A stretch of DNA of 63,357 bases, filler included, from Intoshia linei (Eukaryota > Animalia > Orthonectida), in NCBI GenBank assembly GCA_001642005.1. It is 4 parts of 4 records of this genome, joined end to end, with 100 filler letters (N's around TTAATTAATTAA, not from the genome) between each part and the next. Parts side by side here need not be neighbours in the genome. Positions count along the whole stretch, not along the records: positions 41,088 to 59,003 come from LWCA01000794.1; positions 59,104 to 63,357 come from LWCA01001965.1; 2 more parts are not named here. The stretch is one strand, 5' to 3'. Below are positions 54,162 through 63,357 of the stretch, piece after piece. The translations under genes and the position numbers were made by a program. Position 1 is the first letter of the stretch, and each line of letters begins with the position of its first letter. Below the pieces are notes generated by a model. It was not told the DNA's origin, ran no database searches, and saw only the letters and a list, made by a program, of their open reading frames with translations.

Positions 54162-57100
54162 ATGATTAATTGGACGATATTTATTATCATATGGAATTTA
54201 TATTTTACATTTTTACATTGTACAAGTCTCAATAATGCTACCGTAGAAAATAATACAAGTTATACAATTATTGATAAAGTTAAAGGTATTTTTTATTTTT
54301 TGTTAAAACTGTAAATGACACAGTCCAACACCAAAAACATTCAAGGATGATGAATACATTATTTTTTCGTCTTAATGAACTGGTCAACGCTATAACAATA
54401 TTATTTTTCAATCACGTCCAGATTTTTTTTGTTGAGTAAAGTTGCAAAAATGTCAAAAATAGGGGGTTTTCAAAGCTATCTTAAACACAATTAGAAACGC
54501 CAACTATGTATTTTATACAGCATGATATATAGATAATATATTAATTAATGTCATACTATATTTTGTTTAATAAAAAATATTATACTTTTTGAGAAATGTC
54601 AATTAATGTAATGCTACCAAATTATATATTGAATAGATCAAAACATTTACATACAATAAAGTCAAGTAAAATATTTATTACGCAATATATGATGGAATTT
54701 ATTATTATTAATGACCAGATTACTCAAATTTGTTCTATAGTTACATTGTAAATGTAATTAAATCCTTTCTGAGGTATTTTTGAATTAGAAATACAATATA
54801 AGATTAAATATGAAAAACTAACTTATACATTTATATTATACAGTGCGCGCAATAAACATAGGTCCAACCGATTTATATTATTTTTTGGTCGAATAACATT
54901 AATTTTAATAAATATTTAAAAAAATCTGGACGTGATGCAGAAACACTGATTATACCATCTTGTTCAGAATAAAAATCTCTTCCAGGTGCACTGAATTTTA
55001 CTCTTGCATTCAAAAAAAGTTGTTATTTTGTTGGACTGTGTTATATTTAATTTACATTAGTTAATAAAAATATCTGAAAACTATACATACTGTTCCAGAC
55101 CAGGGTATCAAAAGCCGTGTTGCATGGCTATTTTTCATTGGCAGGTGGCCTCGAGTTTTGTAGATTCGGCTCTGATTTAGGTATCGAATTGAAAATGAAA
55201 ATTTTTTAATGTTTTTAATATTGTTACAAGCCACGTCAGTGCTTTCCAAGTGGTGTACCATTTTAACGATCTATAATTTAAAATTATTTATATTAAATAA
55301 TTACACTAGACGACAAATTGGAACTTTTTTTCGACATCTCTGAATTTGACTGGATATAAATGTAGCCTGATGGCATGGGTATACCCATAATCTTTTATTT
55401 TTTTCAATCAGTTTGTTGAAGGAAGATATAGACCAAATAGTTTGCCACGTATCTATGGAAAACAAAAATAAATAAAAAAAGGAAATATTTAATTGTGATT
55501 TAGATATGATTCCTGATTAAATATTTTTATCAAAATTTATGAATAAATTAATTTAAGTACTTTGATTGACACCAAATTAAAAAAATACACAATATTTTTT
55601 AACAGATACATAGATTTTCTCCTAAAGTCTAGGTCTCCTAAAATATTGTTAAATAATTATTAAATGATACGTAAATTTTTTGAAATAAAATACAAAAATG
55701 TCTAATATGATATATTTTTTAATATTATAAAATTTGTATTATGGGATATTCTATAAACGTATTTTAAAAGAGGGTGATAATTAGAGAAAAAAGAATAGTA
55801 TTACCCTGTAAACTTTTGTTTTAATTTAATTAAAAGATTAATATAATTACAATAATATAATAATAACATATTGTTATCCTTACTTATATAATATGCTTTG
55901 TTTGTCTGTGTGTGTTATCGTTTATTTCAATCACTACCAGTCTTAGAATTTCAAAAAAATTACAGGTGGTACAGTTGTATCCGGTTAACACACACAAAAA
56001 ATTTAAATCTGAATAAGTGACGCCTTCATGGTAAAAAAAGTTAAGTAAAGTGAAAAAGTTACTTGAGTATTTATATATATTTTTTCCGAAATATTTTATT
56101 AAAACAAAAAATGTGAAATAATTAACGGTCCGAAAATTAAAATAAAAAAGATAATTCTGATAGAGCTTATTCCAGTTGATATAAATACAAAATTTCAATT
56201 TCAGAAATTTACGAATTCCCGGTAAAAAAATAATATTTAATATATAATATTTATAATATCAAACAATATTTTTCAAATATTTCGATTAAAATAAAAATTG
56301 AAAATGTAAATATTGATCCTACAATTTCAAAAAAAATTTGCATTGAACATCTACACATTTCCAATAAAGAAATATGGGCGAAAATCTATATAATTCATTG
56401 CTTCAGAATTTTTAAATGTCAAATTCTCATTTTCAAAACATTTTGTTTAAAATTTAAATTAAAACTACAATTACGAATTAGTAAAATTAATACAATTTTG
56501 TTATTATTATGTTTATATTTATTACAATCTATTGCAATATTGGTAAAATTCATCTTAAATATGTTTATAAAGTGAAGATTCGGTTAATTATTGATACATA
56601 ATTATATTTTTAAGTATTTATTAAATCGGTACTGAATATATATCATCACATTGAAAATGACAAAACAGTTTTTATAATTTTTTTTTGGAATTTATGCTAT
56701 TTATAACATTTTTTAGGATTGGACTGTTTTTACTTTATTTTTAAATGTTAACAAACAAAACATTAAGATGAAATAATTCACTTTAAAGCAAAAAGTAATG
56801 TAATCTGACGATTCCATCTGAAACAAGTTTGAGAACCACTCCTTTAAAGTATTGATAATAGTGAATAGTAGGATTTTTAAGTTAGATTTTCAACGTGAAT
56901 TTATTTTGATATAATAAAAATTGCCTTCAGCAGAGCTAGGTGCTGTTTGTACGTAGTACATAACAGTCAACCTAGTAACTTATAACATACATGTAATTGT
57001 AGTTTCTATCACATAAATAATAAATACAATAATAATAATATTGCCCATATTATAGTTATATATCAAAATTTTGATAACTTATGTGCCAAGTTGCAAAATT

Positions 57101-57485
57101 AAATTATATATGATTTATGTAACTTGAATTATCCATTTACTATGTTTTGAGTTGGTAAAACTGGAATTTTCACTAAATGGTTGGTACATTTTGATTTCTA
57201 GTAAAATTGGTTGGTTTTAGAAATCTATTAAGTATTATTATTTCATACTAATTTGTAGAATAATAAAAATAATTTTAAACAAAAATATATTTAGAATCAC
57301 AATATAGCACCGAAAAATTTTTGACCAAAATGATTATCGATAAATACAAGAGAATTGGTACATTGGGGTTACCTGTAAATCATCATAATGACACAATGAA
57401 TGTAAAATATGGCCTTGCTTTAATTCAAATAATATCATTAAATGAAAAATATCAAGTTTTAACATTAAATTGCTGGTCTAGATAT
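54162..57485 (+). CDS. Nicotinic acetylcholine receptor-like (Cys-loop) subunit, first two exons (54162-54285, 57295-57485); remainder absent
   Basis: Exon 1 encodes a signal-peptide-like stretch and N-glycosylation sequons. A phase-1 junction leads to 'STEKFLTKMIIDKYKRIGTLGLPVNHHNDTMNVKYGLALIQIISLNEKYQVLTLNCWSRY', the typical ligand-binding-domain N-terminus. Open donor at 57486. Confidence 0.82.
54319..55040. mobile_element. Non-autonomous element with CACAGT termini (Transib/Chapaev/CMC-like)
   Basis: Perfect 12-bp TIR CACAGTCCAACA / TGTTGGACTGTG plus internal inverted ATCACGTCCAGATTTTTT / AAAAAATCTGGACGTGAT. No clear TSD. Confidence 0.6.
55877..56975 (+). mobile_element. Non-autonomous Helitron-like element, both ends intact (1099 bp)
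   Basis: A|TCCTTACTTATATAATATGC...; 3' hairpin CTGTTTGTAC-GTA-GTACATAACAG, then TCAACCTAG|T. No TIR or TSD. Confidence 0.88.
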
Positions 57486-57954
57486 GTACGTATAAAATAT
57501 TATCTAAATTATATAGAATCTGAACAATTCGTTCAACAATTTGAGTGGTGGTGGGGGTATTCCATAATATCTACATAAGTACACAATGTAACGGTATGAT
57601 TTTCCGTGTTCAAAACTAAACTATTTGTTTATTTTAAATTATCTTGGAAACTTTTTTATCATACTAATTGTATATTACTAATTTCGATAAAATTTCCATT
57701 TCTCCGGTTGGAGCATAATAACAACACAATGGCATGATAAATGAAATACATCATGCGTAGTTTTTTTGGGTTTTTATTATTTATTTTTTTTTTAACCCCT
57801 TTGACGGATCGAATGGTGGAATATTATTATACTTTAATAATTGTTGATACGACTCTAAATTTTATATGTGCATCTATAATTTAAAAAACCTATTTTAAAA
57901 ATGTTTGGTACACATTCATGTAAACGCACTCTTAAAAAATTTAAAAATTAGTTA

Positions 57955-58130
57955 CAGTCAGACTTGTGGATAGTGAACATTTGGTTCCGAATTATTTTAA
58001 TGTTCACTATAAAAAAATAATGAACAATGAAAATGAAACATTATTTATCATGAATCTAAGTTTATTTTCTATATAAGTCAAGTTAGTATAGTAATATCAG
58101 TTGAGTTCACTATTAGTTCACTATCTAAAG
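57955..58130. mobile_element. pogo-type MITE, right TIR interrupted by a hAT element
   Basis: TA|CAGTCAGACTTGTGGATAGTGAAC ... GTTCACTATCTAAAG| followed directly by the hAT terminus. Confidence 0.5.
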
Positions 58131-59003
58131 CAGTAGTTCTCAAACTTGGGTCCGCAAGTTTAAATAAAATTTTAAATTATAAAAAAAAATTAATTTTTTA
58201 AATAATTAGTTGTTAATTTAAATAATTTAAAAATTAAAAATACAAATCGAGAAACTTTGGTTAAATATAAGAGAAAATTTGATTGCTCGGCTTGCAAAGA
58301 CATTTTATTTCTTATTATTGGAGAAGATGCTAGCCGGAAACTAAAGAATATTTCACTTTCCAATGATACAATTAACCGCCGAATCAAAGATATGTCAAAT
58401 GACATTATTGAACAAGTAGTTAAAAAAATAAAAAATTCAAAATTTGGTTTGTTATCAATACAAGTCGATGAAACCACAGACTTAGCAAATCATGCTAGTT
58501 AGAAGGTTTCGGATTTCTTTGAAGCATATTCACTTTTATGTGAAAATTTGTGTGGTATTTGTACAGATGGAGCACCCTCAATGGTAGGGTGTCGATCGGG
58601 ATTTTGTACTCTTGTGAAAGAAAAATCTCCAAATATGATTCGTACTCATTGTACCATACATAGACATGCCTTGGTTTCCAAAACGTTGCTTAAATATCTA
58701 AATAGTGTTTTAAATAAAGTAGTGAAGGCAATTAATTTCATAAAAGCAAATTTCCTCAACAGTCGTCTTTTTTCGTTATTATGCTTTGAGAATGATGCTA
58801 ATTTTGAAACATTGTTATTACATACCCAAGTATGATAGTTGTCAAAAGGAAAAGCATTAAAACGAGCATTTATACTTCATAATGAAATTCTACTTTTTTT
58901 GAATTTTTGGAAAAATCAAATCATTATTTACAGGAAAATTTTTAAGATGTTATTTGGCTATCTTCCCTGGCTTTTCTGGTTGATATTTTTGAAATATTAA
59001 ATT
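58131..59003 (+). mobile_element. hAT Buster-family transposon remnant (SPIN/ZBED8/SCAND3-like transposase), cut by the gap
   Basis: Left TIR CAGTAGTTCTCAAACT; 'ISLSNDTINRRIKDMS...SIQVDETTD', 'CTDGAPSMVG...THCTIHRHALVSK...LLLHTQV'. Internal deletions and stops. Confidence 0.9.
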
Positions 59004-59103
59004 NNNNNNNNNNNNNNNNNNNNNNNNNNNNNNNNNNNNNNNNNNNNTTAATTAATTAANNNNNNNNNNNNNNNNNNNNNNNNNNNNNNNNNNNNNNNNN
59101 NNN
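59004..59103. other. Artificial contig spacer
   Basis: N44-TTAATTAATTAA-N44. Confidence 0.97.
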
Positions 59104-59349
59104 TTAGAAGCGTAATTTTTTAATTAAAAATCAAATTGTTTTATATATGCGACATGCAAAAAAAACATTTTCATCATGCTTTTAGGTGCCGCGATTTTTT
59201 GAAATTTTATCAGGGTTCCGCGCAGTCAAAAATGTTGAGCAACACTGTATTATATTAATATTTTTTATTTGAAGTGAATTTATATATTTTTTCAAGTGTG
59301 TAAAAAAAAATTTCAAGACAATACCAATACTTTTATTTCAATACTTTTT

Positions 59350-59412
59350 TGGTATTGGTATTGAATGGTATTGGTATTGAATGGTATTGGTATTGAATGG
59401 TATTGGTCTTGA
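59350..59412. repeat. (TGGTATTGGTATTGAA)x~4 tandem repeat, preceded by a short inverted copy
   Basis: Read directly; TCAAGACAATACCAATAC at ~59312-59330 is complementary to the end of the array. Confidence 0.8.
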
Positions 59413-59568
59413 GGTATTAAAACAAATTTGATTTTTAATGTTTCTATTACTATAAAATCTAGATTTTGTGACATTTTCATCACTTTTCCAAAACAATTTC
59501 ATATGATTTTTCTCAACTGAACTATAAAAATAGGCTTTTCATCATGCTGCATGATGATAAATACAATA

Positions 59569-60598
59569 CAGTAGTTTCTCGTTATTAAATACAACAATAA
59601 AACATCAATTTTGAAATTGTTGCTGAGTGAAATAATTGCGTTAAATTAAAATAAATTAAATTAAATTATCACTCAAAGTCTGCTTATTTTTATTTTAATT
59701 ATGTGCATCAAACGAAGAATTGCTATAAATTTATTTACTAAATTAAAAATTATATCCGAAATTGAAGATGGTAAATCATTCCGTTGGTTGTCAAAATTTA
59801 AGAAAAGTTTTCAATTTCGACCCGTAAAATGACAGGTGAACGTTTGTCCGTTGATAGTAAATGTGTTGCTGGCTAAATTGAAAAGTTTAATAATATAATC
59901 GCCGAAAAAAATTATTATATGGAAAAAATTTGTAATGCAAACGAGTCGTCAGTATTTTACAAAAAATCTCCGAAATTTATGTTGGCTCATGCATCAGAAA
60001 AATCTATACCGGATATAAAAGCTCAAAAATAGTTTATTAAAGATCATTATTATTATTATTAGTTAAGAAGAACGGTCTATGGACGTTGATGATTCTCAAA
60101 CTTTATATACGGACGATGTTGAACCACCCATATCTGAGGATGAGAGGCAAGATATGCTAAGTTCTGTAGATAAACTAATCGCATATACCGAAAAACACGA
60201 AATGAAATCAGATTATAATAACTTATATAGTCTTAAATTAATTAATAAATTTTAATTTTATACTCAATATTTTTAGTTATAATTCTTATCAACGTTCAAT
60301 GTAAAATATTTAAGTGATTATTTTTAGTCCTCGTTTTGTATATAATAATTTTAACAATGTTATACAATGTAATTATACTCAAATTGAATTTATGTTAATA
60401 AAAATAATTAAACGTTAAATACTAATATTAGTTTTCACTGTCGATATAATAACTAAATTAAATAATTAATTTTTTTTTAAAAAATTCTAAGAATAATGAT
60501 ATTAATTCAGTATAAATATTTAATATGAAGTTTTCAAGTAGCTAGTAGAATAAACTTGTATTCGAGATATTCTTGTATTTATAAACGAGAAACTACTG
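59569..60598 (+). mobile_element. pogo/Tigger deletion derivative (1030 bp)
   Basis: TA|CAGTAGTTTCTCGTTATTAAATACAA ... TTGTATTTATAAACGAGAAACTACTG|TA (24/26). Remnants 'KRRIAINLFTKLKIISEIEDGKS' (CENP-B-type HTH) and 'GERLSVD...ICNANESSVFYKKSP' (DDE N-terminus). Confidence 0.88.
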
Positions 60599-61215
60599 TA
60601 CATTAAATACTAAAGATGAAATCTTTAAATGTTATGACTAAAAAACTTTCTATTAAAAATATTTTAAGTTGACTCATGAAAATAATAAATACATACATCG
60701 CTATTAAGAAGAGGATATTCATGAATTTCAAAAAATTGAAATTTTTAGTCTTGTTTCAATATGGATTTTTTTTGATGTTTTTATTTATGATAGTGTTTAT
60801 GATTTTAAAAATTATTCCAGAATTTATGTTTAAAAAAATTTTAGACATGTTTTATTTTCTCAAATTCTGAAACTGAAAAATAAATAAAAACACGTAAAAA
60901 CCTTATTAGAAATTCGGTTTTTTTTAAAACCTGCGACTGTTAATTTTTTCATTAAATGGTTACACACAGACATTAATTTTTATATAGTAAAGAATAATTA
61001 ACAATAATTAAGTTTTCTCTATAAAACTCGCCATTCTGTACCGAATCATAAATATTTTTGAAATGTATTAACGTATTAATTTTTTTAATGTAAGTGACGC
61101 CTCCACTATTGGTTTAAAATGGGCCTAAATAAATAGTTTCACGTAGACAGATTCTGTCTGATCGACACATTTTTAGTAACTTTAATATTATTTAACCAAG
61201 GATATCACATTCAAA

Positions 61216-62138
61216 TTAAATATTAAATTTATTTATAACTTTTTTTTTATTTTCATTTTCATTTTCATTTTTTACAATTTTATTCTCTTTTTCAAATAAA
61301 CATTTTATATCGTCTTTATCCTTACTCAGTTGTGAAATCATTTTAATTTCAACTGAATTATCAATAATTTTTTCCAAATGAGCAACAGTATTGCGTCTAT
61401 TTTTATTGTATTGATTTGTATTATTTGAAACATTTTCTGATAATCTACGAGTTTTGACATCTTTTATAAATTTATGTAACCTGTCATTTTCGCATTTCAT
61501 ACTATTGAGGTTTTTTAAAATTTTATTTTTATCATTTTGTATATTTGATACAGTTTTTTGGTTATTTGAAATTTCTTGGTTTATCTTGGAAATTAAAAAC
61601 CAAATCAACTTGTTTGATGTCTCCATTGACGATGTGCATAAATCAGAGTATTTTTTTTCATATTTTTGGTAATATTTATGAAACTTTTCGTTTAAGTTTG
61701 ACAAATTTGAATCTTTTGTTAATTGGATTGAATTTAGTGGTATAAATTGTAGTGCATCTATATCATTACTACACTTTGACATTTCCATTTGTCTGTTTAA
61801 AGTTGCAATGTATTTTTCAAAATCCTTTATTTTATCACATTTTTCATTTAATGATAAAGATAATTGTCTGCTTAATTCTATATTTTGAACTTTATAGGAA
61901 GCAAAATTGTCCACTTGCATCTATAAATATATAAAATGAAAAAAATTAAAGAGAATTATTTATAATTAGACAAACAAGTTACATATATGAATACATATAA
62001 TAACCTCTAATGATTTCACTCTATCTATTAAATGTTCAATATTTTTTTGTAAATCTGTTTCGAAAAAGTTATTTAAATCTTTAGATTCTTCAATAACAAA
62101 CGATTTAATTTCTTCGGGTAAAGACATTTTGCGGTATT
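61216..62138 (-). CDS. Coiled-coil protein of unknown function; exons 62005-62138 and ~61240-61920; ends uncertain
   Basis: 'MSLPEEIKSFVIEESKDLNNFFETDLQKNIEHLIDRVKSLE' splices in phase 0 (GT at 62004, AG at 61921) to the 234-aa heptad-rich ORF. Confidence 0.6.
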
Positions 62139-62313
62139 CTAAATTTAAATATGTAATTCTTAGATTATTGAATATTAATTATAAATATTAGGGAAATTAG
62201 TTATTTCACCGTCTATTTGAGATTAATTTAAAATTTAAATTTTATATCAATATACTAACCATTTTAAAAAAAGTTTAAAATAAAAGCGATTTTATAATCA
62301 ATTTTTGAGATTA

Positions 62314-63037
62314 TCCTTACTTATATTATATAAGTTATATAATATGCTACGCAATATTTGTGTGTGTGTTATACTTTATTTCAATAACTATTTGTCTTAG
62401 AATTTTATTAAGTTTTTTTTTTTGAAAATCACACGAGTTGGAGTATTTAAAAAAATATATACGCTGATACAGATTTTAAAATCATAAAAATTATTATAAA
62501 TTTAAATTTAAAAAAATTATATCTTTAGGGCCAAAACCACAAATTAGCCTTTTTTTTTTAATGAAAACAGCACTAGAATATAAAAAATTTACTGGTAATA
62601 CAGTTGTATCCTGTTAACACACATAAAAAATTTTAATCCGAATAAGTGACGTCTTGACGGTAAAAAAAGCATTTTAGTATTCATATATTTTTTTTCGAAA
62701 TATTTTGTTAAAACAAAAAAGTGAAATAATTAATGGTACAAAAATTAAAAAAAAAAATTATTCTGATATAGCCTATTCCTTAGCTTATTCCAGTTAATAT
62801 AAATACAAAATTTCAACCCCTGAAATCTACGCATTCCCGGTGAAAAATAATTTTTAATATATTATTTATCAATATTTTAAAAATATTTCGTTTAAAATAA
62901 AAATTGAAAATGTAAATACATGAATCCTACAATTTCAAACAAAATGTGCAAAGTAAAGTAAAAAGTAATGTGATATGACGGTTCCATCTGAAACAAATTT
63001 AGGAACCACTCCTTTAAAGAATTGATAATAGTGAATA
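62314..63037 (+). mobile_element. Helitron-like family copy, 3' end interrupted by an element starting CAGTGGTTG at 63038
   Basis: Starts A|TCCTTACTTATATT and shares internal blocks with 55877-56975 up to 'GATAATAGTGAATA'. Confidence 0.78.
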
Positions 63038-63357
63038 CAGTGGTTGTCGATTTATTGCACACATTTCTGAAAAATTTAAAACACTTTTTTATTTTTGGTA
63101 AATTTAAAACAAAAAAAATATTAATTTCAACATTAAATACTAAATGGATACATTTCTTATTTTGCGGGTACTCTATTTCCTATGTAAATGTGATTTTTCA
63201 AATTTTAACAATTTTGAAGGGTTAAAAATAAAGCACATCTCCGTTTTAAATCACAGAATTTATTGCGAGTTCTATTTTTCATATACATTATCGTTAGAAA
63301 ATTTCGAAAACATTAAAAATAAAGCACACTTTTATCATAAAATTTATGTCACAATTT

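Noticed and set aside
55884-56198. 104-aa ORF (also 51880-52113 and 35561-35761)
   Set aside because: Chance ORFs inside non-coding Helitron copies.
58131-59248. Single hAT element spanning the gap
   Set aside because: Flanks ATCTAAAG and TATTATAT do not match, so the two ends probably belong to different copies.
59350-59412. Possible CRISPR or telomeric array
   Set aside because: Head-to-tail 16-mer with no spacers, only ~4 units, internal position in eukaryotic DNA.
1-63357. tRNA, rRNA or other structured RNA genes
   Set aside because: None recognised by eye; tRNAscan-SE or Infernal would be needed to exclude them.

Overview
Very AT-rich, intron-containing metazoan genomic DNA, not prokaryotic. 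It carries an aminergic GPCR and a Cys-loop receptor, and its introns are mostly 34-60 nt GT-AG; this profile would fit a compact parasite genome such as an orthonectid, but that is inference only. The window is four contigs joined by three identical artificial 100-nt spacers (N44-TTAATTAATTAA-N44), so adjacency across them is unproven. Hand-spliced genes: complete PIG-A (+, 2 exons); a 16-exon, ~1340-aa uncharacterised gene with a C-terminal EF-hand-like domain (-); the N-terminal ~60% of a divergent IP3 receptor (-, ~21 kb, open at a gap); the last 3 exons of DBT (-); an aminergic GPCR with altered DRY/NPxxY motifs (+); the first 2 exons of an nAChR-like subunit (+); and a coiled-coil gene fragment (-). 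Large introns and intergenic DNA are filled with mobile elements: a non-autonomous Helitron-like family, Ty3/Gypsy remnants with ~100-nt LTRs, Buster-type hAT MITEs, pogo/Tigger derivatives, Mutator-like elements and a DD39D mariner, often nested inside one another's termini. I found no clear novel multi-gene system. The best leads are the divergent IP3R, the atypical GPCR, the large EF-hand-like gene, the Helitron family and the DD39D mariner.
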